DNA of 64,000 nucleotides, taken from IMG/VR virus record IMGVR_UViG_3300017917_002441, positions 85,074-149,073 of that record; one strand, written 5' to 3'. Below, one piece after another: positions 17,529-26,477 of the stretch (position 1 is the first letter of the stretch; each line of letters starts with the position of its first letter). The position numbers were made by a program, and so were the translations under genes. Source of the stretch: a virus. The notes under the pieces were generated by a model. The model ran no database searches, was not told where the DNA came from, and saw nothing but the letters and a program-made list of their open reading frames with translations.

Positions 17529-17709
17529 TTCAATTTCCTTTTTAAAAGCACAGAACAAATACGCCCTGTGTAATAATATAACGCCTGGCCAGCCAAAAGA
17601 GTTGACACAATTTGGTAATTTTGCCAAATGTATTGCATGTGCTTCAACATTGTTATACAATAATGACATGCTGTGAGAACAGCTACTTTTATGAAAGGTA
17701 ATTTTTAAC

Positions 17710-17979
17710 ATGATGCGATTTAACGAAGATACAAAGACTTACAAGCTTTTTACAGCTCTCCACAGTGGCGAGACTGTTACTGCTAGTCAAGCTGCCAAGC
17801 GATTTGGCATTAAAAACATTTCGGCCGAAGTTAGCCGTATTCGCCAAGCTGGTTTTGCAGTTTATGCCAACAGCCGTACAGCCGGCAATGGTGTCAAGGT
17901 AACCGAGTACACAATCGGTAAGCCAAGCCGCAAGATCGTTGCCGCTGGCTACAGAGCTCTTGCAATGGGCTTGGTTTAA
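17710..17979 (+). CDS. Winged-HTH DNA-binding protein
   Basis: TASQAAKRFGIKNISAEVSRIRQAG helix-turn-helix pattern. Confidence 0.7.
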   Translation: MMRFNEDTKTYKLFTALHSGETVTASQAAKRFGIKNISAEVSRIRQAGFAVYANSRTAGNGVKVTEYTIGKPSRKIVAAGYRALAMGLV

Positions 17980-18019
17980 TAACTGTCGCTGTCCAAATCC
18001 CACTGGACACCGGTTACTC

Positions 18020-18047
18020 AAAGGCCGCATTGACGGCCTTTTTATTT
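18020..18047 (+). terminator. Rho-independent terminator
   Basis: AAGGCCG-CATTGA-CGGCCTT followed by TTTATTT. Confidence 0.75.
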
Positions 18048-18080
18048 GACCATTTATTCTAGAACCTGTATAATTGATAC

Positions 18081-18536
18081 ATGCTTAAAAAATTAATGCA
18101 ACGATTGGGACGGCATCGTGTTATCAAGGACCGTCAAGACAATGAACCTTACTTGGAAAGGTATTACCTTTTTCTCAAAGATCGCAAGCGGTTCCCGTTT
18201 AATGTATTCTTACACAAGTTCCTCAAAGGAGATCCAGACGATGTACATGATCACCCATGGCCCTATTGTACTCTCATTCTTGCGGGCGGCTATTATGAGT
18301 GGGTTCCGCAGTTTAACGCAGACGGTACTAAAAATTGCGAGGTTCGGTATTGGCGCGGGCCCGGACACTTTCGTCATTGCAGTGCCAACAGTTATCACCG
18401 TATTGAACTCAAACCCGGTGTAACAGCATGGACATTATTCATGCCCGGCCCACAGCGTCGAGATTGGGGTTTCTGGGTAAACGATGAATGGGTACAACAC
18501 GAGCAGTATTTTGACATGAGAAAGGCAGAGAAATGA
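18081..18536 (+). CDS. Cupin-like protein
   Basis: HDHPW and YHRIEL motifs; ATG 6 nt after TATAAT (apparently leaderless). Confidence 0.75.
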   Translation: MLKKLMQRLGRHRVIKDRQDNEPYLERYYLFLKDRKRFPFNVFLHKFLKGDPDDVHDHPWPYCTLILAGGYYEWVPQFNADGTKNCEVRYWRGPGHFRHCSANSYHRIELKPGVTAWTLFMPGPQRRDWGFWVNDEWVQHEQYFDMRKAEK

Positions 18537-18853
18537 AGTGGTTTGATCGTTGGTTTTATCGCAAAGCCAAGTGGGCTTGGGAAAATAGGGATGAAATAGA
18601 AGCTGATGTGCCAAGCTCTATTACCAGAGCCAGTAGAGGAAATCGTCTCGTCGCTGTGGAAGAAGATGTCAGCTGGGGCGATGGGTTGCGTATTCAAGTT
18701 CATCGTGTGCATGGTGGGCATGTTGTTACGTTTAGGCATTATGATCGCAAAACTGATCGAAACAATGATCAACACTACATTATCAATGCTGATTCAGACT
18801 TTAACCAAGAGCTTGGCAAGTTGATCACTATGGAATCTATGCGGCATAACTAA
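18533..18853 (+). CDS. Hypothetical protein
   Basis: Coupled ORF in the gene string. Confidence 0.7.
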   Translation: MKWFDRWFYRKAKWAWENRDEIEADVPSSITRASRGNRLVAVEEDVSWGDGLRIQVHRVHGGHVVTFRHYDRKTDRNNDQHYIINADSDFNQELGKLITMESMRHN

Positions 18854-18862
18854 GGAACTGAC

Positions 18863-19219
18863 ATGGATATTTTGGCTGGTATTGCAATTGGTATTGCACT
18901 GTGCGTGATTTGGTTTGTTTGGACAGCCAACCGTGTGATTGCAAAATTGGAACGTGAAGTGACAGCTGAGCTGGTGGAAAAAGCCAGCGACAAAATGGTG
19001 GGTCTTGTGGTTGAACGTGTCAGCAATACCATTTATTGCTACAGTGAGAAAGACAACGAGTTTGTGTGTCAAGGCACTACGCTGGAAGAACTTCGTACTG
19101 CATTCAAACAGAGATTTCCTGATCGTACAGGATACATTGCCGGTGGTGACCCCGACACTGTAGAAAATTTAAAGAAACAATTGGAGTTGGTAAAAAATGA
19201 AAATAGCACTGGCATCTGA
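18863..19219 (+). CDS. Membrane-anchored hypothetical protein
   Basis: N-terminal TM helix; EFVCQGTTLEEL. Confidence 0.7.
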   Translation: MDILAGIAIGIALCVIWFVWTANRVIAKLEREVTAELVEKASDKMVGLVVERVSNTIYCYSEKDNEFVCQGTTLEELRTAFKQRFPDRTGYIAGGDPDTVENLKKQLELVKNENSTGI

Positions 19220-20021
19220 CATACATCTTGAGTTTGGCGACTTAATGCTCAAAAATGAGCAAGACGCTGACCTCTTGATCCTGGCCGGCGACATCTGTGT
19301 GGCCAAAGATGCGCTGAAAGAAGGCGACATGGGCGACCGTGTGCGCAACTTCTTTCAGCGAGTGAGTTTTCAGTTTCCGCAAACACTGTACGTCATGGGC
19401 AATCACGAGCACTACTCGGGAGACTTTGCCAAGAGCCAAAATATCTTGCAAACCATGTTGGATCAGTTGTGTATCACCAATATCAAAATCATGGAAAAAA
19501 GCATCCATGAAATTGGCAATGTCACATTCATTGGTGGCACAATGTGGACTGATTTCAACAACGGTGACAGCATTACACTGTTCCATGCGGCTCAGGCCAT
19601 GAACGACTATCGCGGTGTGCGTAACAGCAACTCGGGTCATGCCTCAGGTGTATGGAAGTTTTTGCCCAAGCACAGTTACGAAGATCATGTCAGAATGAAA
19701 CAATACATTCGTATGATTCTTGGCAACTTGCGTGATCAAGGTCGCACAGATCAGCGTGTGGTAGTAATATCACATCATGCACCAACACATCTCAGCATTG
19801 ACGAGTACTACAAAAACGATGCTGTGATGAACGGTAACTTTGCCAGCCGGCTTGATGACTTGATCCTAGATCATCCTGAAATTGCTGTGTGGGTACATGG
19901 TCACATGCACAACCCCAGTGACTACCAAGTTGGTGATACACGTGTGTTATGCAACCCACGTGGTTATATTGGGTACGAAAGTCGTGCCAATACTTTTGAA
20001 CTGTTACATTTTGAGGTGTAA
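19197..20021 (+). CDS. Calcineurin-like metallophosphoesterase
   Basis: SDIH, AGD, GNHE, HHAP, HGHMH and NPRGY motifs. Confidence 0.93.
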   Translation: MKIALASDIHLEFGDLMLKNEQDADLLILAGDICVAKDALKEGDMGDRVRNFFQRVSFQFPQTLYVMGNHEHYSGDFAKSQNILQTMLDQLCITNIKIMEKSIHEIGNVTFIGGTMWTDFNNGDSITLFHAAQAMNDYRGVRNSNSGHASGVWKFLPKHSYEDHVRMKQYIRMILGNLRDQGRTDQRVVVISHHAPTHLSIDEYYKNDAVMNGNFASRLDDLILDHPEIAVWVHGHMHNPSDYQVGDTRVLCNPRGYIGYESRANTFELLHFEV

Positions 20022-20024
20022 AAA

Positions 20025-20471
20025 ATGAAAATCGGTCTTAGCTACAGTCGATGCATCCGCGACATTGTTGATGGCACAGTGGACATTGGTGATGTTCTAG
20101 TCATAATTTCACGCACAGATTTTGATCCACACGATGACAAACAGTGGCAGGGCATCTGGCTAGGATACGGTGGCGGCACCAGCAATACTGGCCTGCATGG
20201 TTTGTTTGGTGGTAGTCTGCCCGAGTGGGGCTCTTATGGCGATGAGGACGAAGACCGTTTTCGCTCAGTGAGCATTGAGTTGTGGGAAAGTGGCAAGTTT
20301 CACCAACCCAGAAAGTTTGGTGCTCGCCCACATCGACTGCCCTATTACTGGTTGGAAACTATGTTGCCCAACAGTGAGTTGGACGCCAATCCCGCAGTAA
20401 AGGCAGCCTGGGATCAGTTCCAAGTCATTGCTGGACTGACTGGACATCACGGTGTGGAACACACGGCATGA
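20025..20471 (+). CDS. Hypothetical protein
   Basis: ORF in operon. Confidence 0.7.
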   Translation: MKIGLSYSRCIRDIVDGTVDIGDVLVIISRTDFDPHDDKQWQGIWLGYGGGTSNTGLHGLFGGSLPEWGSYGDEDEDRFRSVSIELWESGKFHQPRKFGARPHRLPYYWLETMLPNSELDANPAVKAAWDQFQVIAGLTGHHGVEHTA

Positions 20472-20647
20472 AATGGTTGCGATACTCGGGCATCAGTGTT
20501 ATAATAACACTAAATCCACTGTGGTGGAAGGTGTTGCCCTGGTTCCGTAAAGAAACCAATGAGTGGGCTGGCCCAAAAGAGCATACTTGGGCCTTGACGT
20601 TTTTGTTTTTGACCATACGTGTATGGATTGACGATGGGAGTTGGTAA
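20468..20647 (+). CDS. Small Trp-rich protein (59 aa, not in ORF track)
   Basis: Overlaps both neighbours; MKWLRYSGIS...IRVWIDDGSW*. Confidence 0.6.
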   Translation: MKWLRYSGISVIITLNPLWWKVLPWFRKETNEWAGPKEHTWALTFLFLTIRVWIDDGSW

Positions 20648-20832
20648 TGAATGACAAGTTAAGAGAGTTAGCGTTGCAAGTGGGCGGCAGTCACTACCCC
20701 GAAGTCAGCCAACAGTTTTTAGAAACCACTGTGCGCCTGGTAATCAAGCAGTGTGCTGAAGCTTATCATCAAACACGACTGGCTGAAACACCTATTGAAC
20801 AACACTTTTTGAAGAAATTTGATTTAGAATGA
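20647..20832 (+). CDS. Hypothetical protein
   Basis: Coupled ORF. Confidence 0.65.
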   Translation: MNDKLRELALQVGGSHYPEVSQQFLETTVRLVIKQCAEAYHQTRLAETPIEQHFLKKFDLE

Positions 20833-21566
20833 AAGTATATCTCAGCAAACCTCGAGATCATTGGATCTCACCATACACCATGTTGGACCGTGCGTTCTTC
20901 TGGACTGAGTGGTCAAAGTGTAGTCGTTGGACCCTGGAGCAAACTCTCGAAGACAATGCTCGAGTCACTCGCGGTGAAAAAAGCCAGTACGTGGAACATC
21001 CTGAGTGGGTAGAAAAAGCCTCAGATTATCTAGTACCCATTAGCCGAGCTATTGCATGGGTCCTGGATCGTGTGCATCCGCCCATCAGATATGTCAAAAT
21101 TGATCGCTGGGATACCTGGAGCATGGATCATACCTTGGCTGACATTGTGTTGCCCATGTTGAAACAGCTCCGAGCTACCAAACATGGTGCTCCGTTTGTG
21201 GACGATGAAGATGTGCCCGAGCATCTGCGTAGCACAGCCGCGCCTGCTAAAGAGAATGAATGGGATACCGACGACAATCACTTCAAGCGTTGGGACTGGG
21301 CCATGGATGAAATGATCTTTGCATTTGAGTGCAAGGTTGACGATAGTTGGCAAGATGCATTCCGCTCAGGTGAGCATGACATCAAGTGGATTCCCGTGGA
21401 TGCCGATGGCAACGAAGTACCCAAAGGCGAACACAAGTATTACCAAATGGGGCACGGCCCCAATGACACTTACCAATGCGATTATGATGGCATGAAGAAA
21501 GTGGAAGAACGGATTCAAAACGGGTTTAGATTGTTTGGCAAATATTATCAAGGACTGTGGGACTGA
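20829..21566 (+). CDS. Phage hypothetical protein
   Basis: DTWSMDHTLA...GFRLFGKYYQGLWD; long coupled ORF. Confidence 0.8.
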   Translation: MKVYLSKPRDHWISPYTMLDRAFFWTEWSKCSRWTLEQTLEDNARVTRGEKSQYVEHPEWVEKASDYLVPISRAIAWVLDRVHPPIRYVKIDRWDTWSMDHTLADIVLPMLKQLRATKHGAPFVDDEDVPEHLRSTAAPAKENEWDTDDNHFKRWDWAMDEMIFAFECKVDDSWQDAFRSGEHDIKWIPVDADGNEVPKGEHKYYQMGHGPNDTYQCDYDGMKKVEERIQNGFRLFGKYYQGLWD

Positions 21567-21568
21567 CT

Positions 21569-22276
21569 ATGAATGCTGTGGTTGATTTGAAAGAAACATT
21601 TGACGCCTGGTTAAAAGATTTTCCCACTAATGGGTCGCCCATTATTGATTTAAAGTCCCCTGAAGTCAAATTTAGCGACGATCCATTGGCATTGAGCTGT
21701 GCCAGCTATCGCATTTTCAAAAACACCAGTGTGCCGTTTACCGATATTGACAGCGTAACTGCCACAGCCGAGGACCGCGAAACTGCCGCATTGATCCGAA
21801 GTTACTATGGGCAAAAGCTGGTGTGGCAAGCTCTGCAAGGACGTAGTCTAAGTGAGTTTAGAACCAAAATGGGTCAGTTCCTTAACGGTGAACACCAACT
21901 GACGTCAGACGAGCTGGGCATGCTGTACAGGATTCCTTACTTCTATGATGAGGACTGTGCGCTGGATAAAGTGATTGCAAATACTAAACCAGCCCAAGTC
22001 GTTGAACCTCACCTGGTGCATCGGCGCCGACTCAACTACATCACTTGCATTAATCAATATCGTCGTGCAAACACTTCACGTCACTACTGGTTTGCTGATG
22101 AGAATCAATATGCCTATGTAATCAAAGTGTTGGCCAACAATTCGTTGGTACCACTGTTAGAAAGTGTTATTGCTCGCGGGACGTTGGATGTTAATGCTAG
22201 GTTGTATCCTAGGTCACATCGTGGTGCCGACAGCGACAAAACATACTATGATCTAGTAAAGTTTGAATTGGCATGA
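21569..22276 (+). CDS. Hypothetical protein
   Basis: Long ORF in operon. Confidence 0.7.
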   Translation: MNAVVDLKETFDAWLKDFPTNGSPIIDLKSPEVKFSDDPLALSCASYRIFKNTSVPFTDIDSVTATAEDRETAALIRSYYGQKLVWQALQGRSLSEFRTKMGQFLNGEHQLTSDELGMLYRIPYFYDEDCALDKVIANTKPAQVVEPHLVHRRRLNYITCINQYRRANTSRHYWFADENQYAYVIKVLANNSLVPLLESVIARGTLDVNARLYPRSHRGADSDKTYYDLVKFELA

Positions 22277-22512
22277 TGCCTTTTCCCAGCGCCTTTTCTG
22301 AATACATGCCCGAGCATGTTCACTTGTCAAGATCCACAGTAGACCACTGTTGGTCACTTTGGCCTCGTCGATGCAGTGTGTCTAATAGACTGCTATGGTT
22401 TACTAAAGCCTACCGTGCTCGCCGCATAATTACTGGACCTGGGGAGCCTGTGATAGTAGATCGCTGGTACGGGCCACTAGAATTTTTAATTTTACAACTG
22501 AAGGAAATTTAA
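22273..22512 (+). CDS. Hypothetical protein
   Basis: Coupled ORF upstream of metK. Confidence 0.55.
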   Translation: MMPFPSAFSEYMPEHVHLSRSTVDHCWSLWPRRCSVSNRLLWFTKAYRARRIITGPGEPVIVDRWYGPLEFLILQLKEI

Positions 22513-23612
22513 TGAGTTATTTGTTTACAAGCGAGAGCGTGAGTGAAGGACATCCAGACAAAGTAGCAGACGCCATTAGCGATGCTATCCTTGACTTGGT
22601 CATGTCCAAGCAAGACCCCACATTGCGTTGCGCATGTGAAACACTGGTCACAACAAACATGGTCACTGTGGCAGGCGAATACAAAGGTATTTTGCACAAA
22701 GAAGAAGTAGACTCTACCATTCGCAAAACTATCAAAAACATTGGTTACGAGCAGCCTGGCTTTGACTGGCGTACAGTAAAAATCTACAACGAGTTGCACG
22801 GACAATCAGCAGACATTGCACTGGGCACTGACAACTTTGGCGCTGGAGACCAAGGCTTGATGTTTGGTTATGCTTGCAATGAAACCGACAGTTACATGCC
22901 CAGCGCAATTTACTGGAGTCATCGCATTGTGGAAGGCTTGGCACAAGCACGTAAAAATGGTGTTGTGACTTGGCTTGGCCCCGACGCAAAAAGTCAAGTA
23001 ACTTTTGAATACGATGAAACAAACAAACCTATTCGTATTTCCAAGGTAGTTTGTAGTACACAACATGCCGAGTCAGTTGACATTGAAACTGTGCGCAGTG
23101 TTGTCAAAACTTTGATCACAAACATACTTCCAGTGCAATATGTTGATACAAATACTGATTTTTATATTAATCCTACTGGGCGCTTTGTTATTGGCGGCCC
23201 TGATGGCGACACTGGACTTACCGGTCGCAAAATTATCGTTGATACATATGGTGGTTATAGCCCTCACGGTGGCGGAGCTTTCTCTGGTAAAGACCCTACT
23301 AAAGTTGACCGTTCAGCCGCTTACATGATGCGCTACATTGCCAAGAACATTGTGGCCAGTGGACGTGCGGACTGGGCCACATGCCAAATCAGTTATGCTA
23401 TTGGTATGGCGCAACCCATGAGTTTCTACGTGGAATGCGAAGACCGAGCCCTGGCAAGAGATCTAACAATGCTGATTCCACGTGTGGTGGATTTGACACC
23501 AAAGGGCATTATTGATCGTTTTGATTTGTTTAGGCCTATTTACAGTTCTACAACAAATTATGGACACTTTGGTAAAGCAGATCTTCCTTGGGAACGGGTT
23601 GACTTGTTTTAA
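22512..23612 (+). CDS. metK: S-adenosylmethionine synthetase
   Basis: FTSESVSEGHPDK, GAGDQG, GGPDGDTGLTGRKIIVDTYGG, GGGAFSGKDPTKVDRS. Confidence 0.98.
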   Translation: MSYLFTSESVSEGHPDKVADAISDAILDLVMSKQDPTLRCACETLVTTNMVTVAGEYKGILHKEEVDSTIRKTIKNIGYEQPGFDWRTVKIYNELHGQSADIALGTDNFGAGDQGLMFGYACNETDSYMPSAIYWSHRIVEGLAQARKNGVVTWLGPDAKSQVTFEYDETNKPIRISKVVCSTQHAESVDIETVRSVVKTLITNILPVQYVDTNTDFYINPTGRFVIGGPDGDTGLTGRKIIVDTYGGYSPHGGGAFSGKDPTKVDRSAAYMMRYIAKNIVASGRADWATCQISYAIGMAQPMSFYVECEDRALARDLTMLIPRVVDLTPKGIIDRFDLFRPIYSSTTNYGHFGKADLPWERVDLF

Positions 23613-23618
23613 ATAAGT

Positions 23619-23867
23619 ATGAGTCAAGGACATCAAGTTTTCAAATTCATAGAGGAGCAAATGTCCTTGGTCAGCAGAAGCCTTGACGTGAAAATTACTA
23701 GAGACGAGTACAATCTTTGGCAGAAAGATTATACGTGGGAAGCACTCCACGGTATTCGTTACGGCCAAAGCTTCTGTAATCATTTCAACATCAACGACAA
23801 CAAGCTTTACTATACACGGGATTCAGTTTGGGCTGATGACTACATACAAGAAACCTACATTAGGTGA
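23619..23867 (+). CDS. Hypothetical protein
   Basis: RYGQSFCN motif. Confidence 0.65.
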   Translation: MSQGHQVFKFIEEQMSLVSRSLDVKITRDEYNLWQKDYTWEALHGIRYGQSFCNHFNINDNKLYYTRDSVWADDYIQETYIR

Positions 23868-23880
23868 ACATCTCAAAGGC

Positions 23881-24108
23881 ATGAAACTCCCGTTTGAAAT
23901 ACGAGAGCAATCTAGTTTTCTCTATGCCAAGGAGATAGTCAAACCTTTTGGTGTGGTTGATCAGGTCATTGAGTGGTGCAAGCACGAAATGATTGCTGAG
24001 TGGCGCTGGCAACTGGTTGAAGTCAGTTCAGATGTGCGTCCGGGGCGTTACGTATTCTATTTTGACAGCGAGCGAGACGCTGTGGCCTTTACGCTACGCT
24101 GGATCTAG
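23881..24108 (+). CDS. Small FxLRW-family hypothetical protein
   Basis: IEWC...FYFDSERDAVAFTLRWI. Confidence 0.65.
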   Translation: MKLPFEIREQSSFLYAKEIVKPFGVVDQVIEWCKHEMIAEWRWQLVEVSSDVRPGRYVFYFDSERDAVAFTLRWI

Positions 24109-24113
24109 CCTGG

Positions 24114-24142
24114 TTGACCATTTATTCCTGTTTTGCTATAAT
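24114..24142 (+). promoter_or_regulatory. Early promoter
   Basis: TTGACC-N17-TATAAT with extended TG. Confidence 0.75.
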
Positions 24143-24167
24143 ATGTGTATAGTACAAGGAGTATATC

Positions 24168-24392
24168 ATGAATGCACACGATCGTGGTAATCTAGAGTTT
24201 TTGCTGTCAGCAGACAAAGCCACAATGGATCAGTGGTACCAAACTGCCACAGCCGATGACCTTGCCTACGCTCAAGAACTGCTACAGATGGCTCGCAGTG
24301 AACTAGAACTACGTGCTCTGGAAGTAATTGATGCAGAAGCTGACGAAGATGTGTCTGACGCTCAGGCAGTGCTGGCTCGTTTTGCACTATGA
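24168..24392 (+). CDS. Hypothetical protein
   Basis: AAGGAG RBS behind a promoter. Confidence 0.75.
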   Translation: MNAHDRGNLEFLLSADKATMDQWYQTATADDLAYAQELLQMARSELELRALEVIDAEADEDVSDAQAVLARFAL

Positions 24393-24724
24393 ATCACCAG
24401 TTTTTGATCATGTGGGACTGTCAAGGTCTTGAATGTGTTGTGGACATCACCGAAGATGAACAGCGCCGTATGTGGCAAAAACTCAAGGGTGAGCTACCGA
24501 ATGAAACGGCTGTGCCCAATATCAATCATCTTGTATTACGAGCCAGGTACAATAGCCAGCGCCACTACGAGATCTATTTCATAGAAGCACAAGAAGGCAT
24601 CACACAAGACGATATTCGTGAAATGTTTGAAAGTGCTCCACAACATGCAGCCGACACTATCCGGCGAATAGGACAATGTCTTTACAGTGATAGGGTTGAC
24701 AGTAACCGGGTAAAAATTGTATAA
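24389..24724 (+). CDS. Hypothetical protein
   Basis: Coupled ORF; RARYNSQRHYEIY. Confidence 0.7.
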   Translation: MNHQFLIMWDCQGLECVVDITEDEQRRMWQKLKGELPNETAVPNINHLVLRARYNSQRHYEIYFIEAQEGITQDDIREMFESAPQHAADTIRRIGQCLYSDRVDSNRVKIV

Positions 24725-24731
24725 TTATATC

Positions 24732-25466
24732 ATGGACCTATATAGAATATTAGACAGAATTGAAGAGTGGTGGAGATACCCACAACCTAGTCAGCGTCAA
24801 CGCCAGTTACTGGGCTTGCATACTGATGTCATTGACACAGAGTTTACAGCCACAAGACTGGCAAGTGAGGAATCAGCGCAATATGCGCTGACTTACATGC
24901 GAGCAGTGCCCAACTTTGACACTGATTATGACTTGCATCGGTGGGTGGCCACAACACAGACTGATCCCACGCTGGAGTCAGGCTTGGTGCTGGAGTTCGG
25001 TGTTGCCACTGGACGTACATTGAATCAATTTGCTCGTTGGTTCCCCGGCGACACTGTGTATGGATTTGATGGATTTCAAGGACTGCCCGAAGACTGGACC
25101 AGCCGCATGCGCCGTGGGTTCTTTGCTAGAAAGAACTTGCCCCGTGTGAGAAGCAACTGCGAACTTGTGGTGGGATGGTTTGATCGAACACTGCCAAACT
25201 TTGTTAGAAAAATTGGGCATAGACCAATCAAGTTACTGCACGTGGATTGCGACTTGTATTCCAGCACTGTGACCATTTTGGAAAACTTGCGTCACAACAT
25301 TGTGCCCGGCACTGTGATTGTGTTTGACGAGTACATGAACTACCCAGGCTGGCAACTAGATGAATATCGCGCCTGGCAAGAGTTCGTTACACAATACAAA
25401 ATTGACTATGAATACATTGGCCGTGTGAGCCGGCACCAAAAAGTAGCTGTAAGAGTACTAAAGTAA
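24732..25466 (+). CDS. Class I SAM-dependent methyltransferase (TylF/Methyltransf_24-like)
   Basis: LEFGVATG, YGFDGFQGLPEDW, LHVDCDLYSS, IVFDEY. Confidence 0.88.
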   Translation: MDLYRILDRIEEWWRYPQPSQRQRQLLGLHTDVIDTEFTATRLASEESAQYALTYMRAVPNFDTDYDLHRWVATTQTDPTLESGLVLEFGVATGRTLNQFARWFPGDTVYGFDGFQGLPEDWTSRMRRGFFARKNLPRVRSNCELVVGWFDRTLPNFVRKIGHRPIKLLHVDCDLYSSTVTILENLRHNIVPGTVIVFDEYMNYPGWQLDEYRAWQEFVTQYKIDYEYIGRVSRHQKVAVRVLK

Positions 25467-25517
25467 TACTCAAGTACTACTTTTGCGTTTGGCCAAAATT
25501 CGCTCTTTTGCTATAAT
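25463..25517 (+). promoter_or_regulatory. Palindrome GTAATACT-CA-AGTACTAC plus early promoter
   Basis: Near-perfect palindrome at 25463-25480; TTGGCC-N17-TATAAT. Confidence 0.65.
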
Positions 25518-25537
25518 AGAAACATAGCAAGGAGCAA

Positions 25538-25735
25538 GTGATGATTGAAAACGGTACCAACGTTTACATTGTACAGATCAACATGGCAGAGCCCAATCAA
25601 AATCCTGATTGGGACAATGTTGGCGTATATCAAGACCGTCAGCAGGCAGTGACCCAAATTGACTGGATGAAAGCCGAGTACGGCGACACCATCGAGTTCC
25701 GCATTGACACTGTGCAATTCTACATTGCAGCCTAA
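25538..25735 (+). CDS. Hypothetical protein
   Basis: AAGGAG RBS. Confidence 0.65.
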   Translation: MMIENGTNVYIVQINMAEPNQNPDWDNVGVYQDRQQAVTQIDWMKAEYGDTIEFRIDTVQFYIAA

Positions 25736-25739
25736 GGAC

Positions 25740-25925
25740 ATGCAAATGAAATCCTACAAGGTCACGATTCTGTTTACCAATTTGGATAACAGTTTGTACA
25801 CAGATTTTCAGGCCAGAGTAAAGTATGACATTGAGTCAGACGACTACAGCCACGCATTCTTGATGGCCCAACGACTGGCCAAGTCCCTAGACGCTGACCA
25901 ATTTGACATTGAGGAAGTACAGTGA
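25740..25925 (+). CDS. Hypothetical protein
   Basis: AAGGA RBS. Confidence 0.6.
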   Translation: MQMKSYKVTILFTNLDNSLYTDFQARVKYDIESDDYSHAFLMAQRLAKSLDADQFDIEEVQ

Positions 25926-26040
25926 GCCAGGAGTTTATCCGTAGCCAAGTTGAATACTACAGGCGACATCTAAACTGTGGTCATCCGCGTGACTGGAACC
26001 AAATCCTTGGCCTGTATCAATATTACAAAGGATTGCTGAA

Positions 26041-26346
26041 ATGAACATCCACACCGTAGCACAAAATCTCCGCAACACAATCGCCGGCAAGGAACACTTA
26101 CTGAATCAATACAACCGAGCACTCGAAGGTGATAAGATGTTGTATGAACAGAAGATTGCAGTAAATGCCGCAAGTGAGTTTGTTAAAATCAACATTGACG
26201 AACTACGACGCATCTTGCAGGATGTAGAACAGTGTTGCGAAAAAGCCACAGCAGATTCATGGGCACTGAGTCCCGACCGTAGCGGTGGGCAATTCACTCA
26301 AGACGAAATCAACAATGCAGATCGTTCGGGCTGGATTGCACCCTGA
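26041..26346 (+). CDS. Hypothetical protein
   Basis: RBS; PDRSGGQFTQDEI motif. Confidence 0.65.
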   Translation: MNIHTVAQNLRNTIAGKEHLLNQYNRALEGDKMLYEQKIAVNAASEFVKINIDELRRILQDVEQCCEKATADSWALSPDRSGGQFTQDEINNADRSGWIAP

Positions 26347-26352
26347 CAAAGG

Positions 26353-26457
26353 TTGACAAATAAACAGAATTTTGCTATAATTATTTTACGGTGAAAGATT
26401 ATCACCGGCTAACCTAGAAGTAACGACTTGACATGGGGTCAACCAGTTACAAGGTTA
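26353..26457 (+). promoter_or_regulatory. Promoter and structured 5' leader
   Basis: TTGACA-N17-TATAAT; hairpin CGGTGA/TCACCG; nested TAACCT/AGGTTA, GTAAC/GTTAC and TTGAC/GTCAA. Confidence 0.55.
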
Positions 26458-26477
26458 CGAACGAAAGGAATCGCTTT

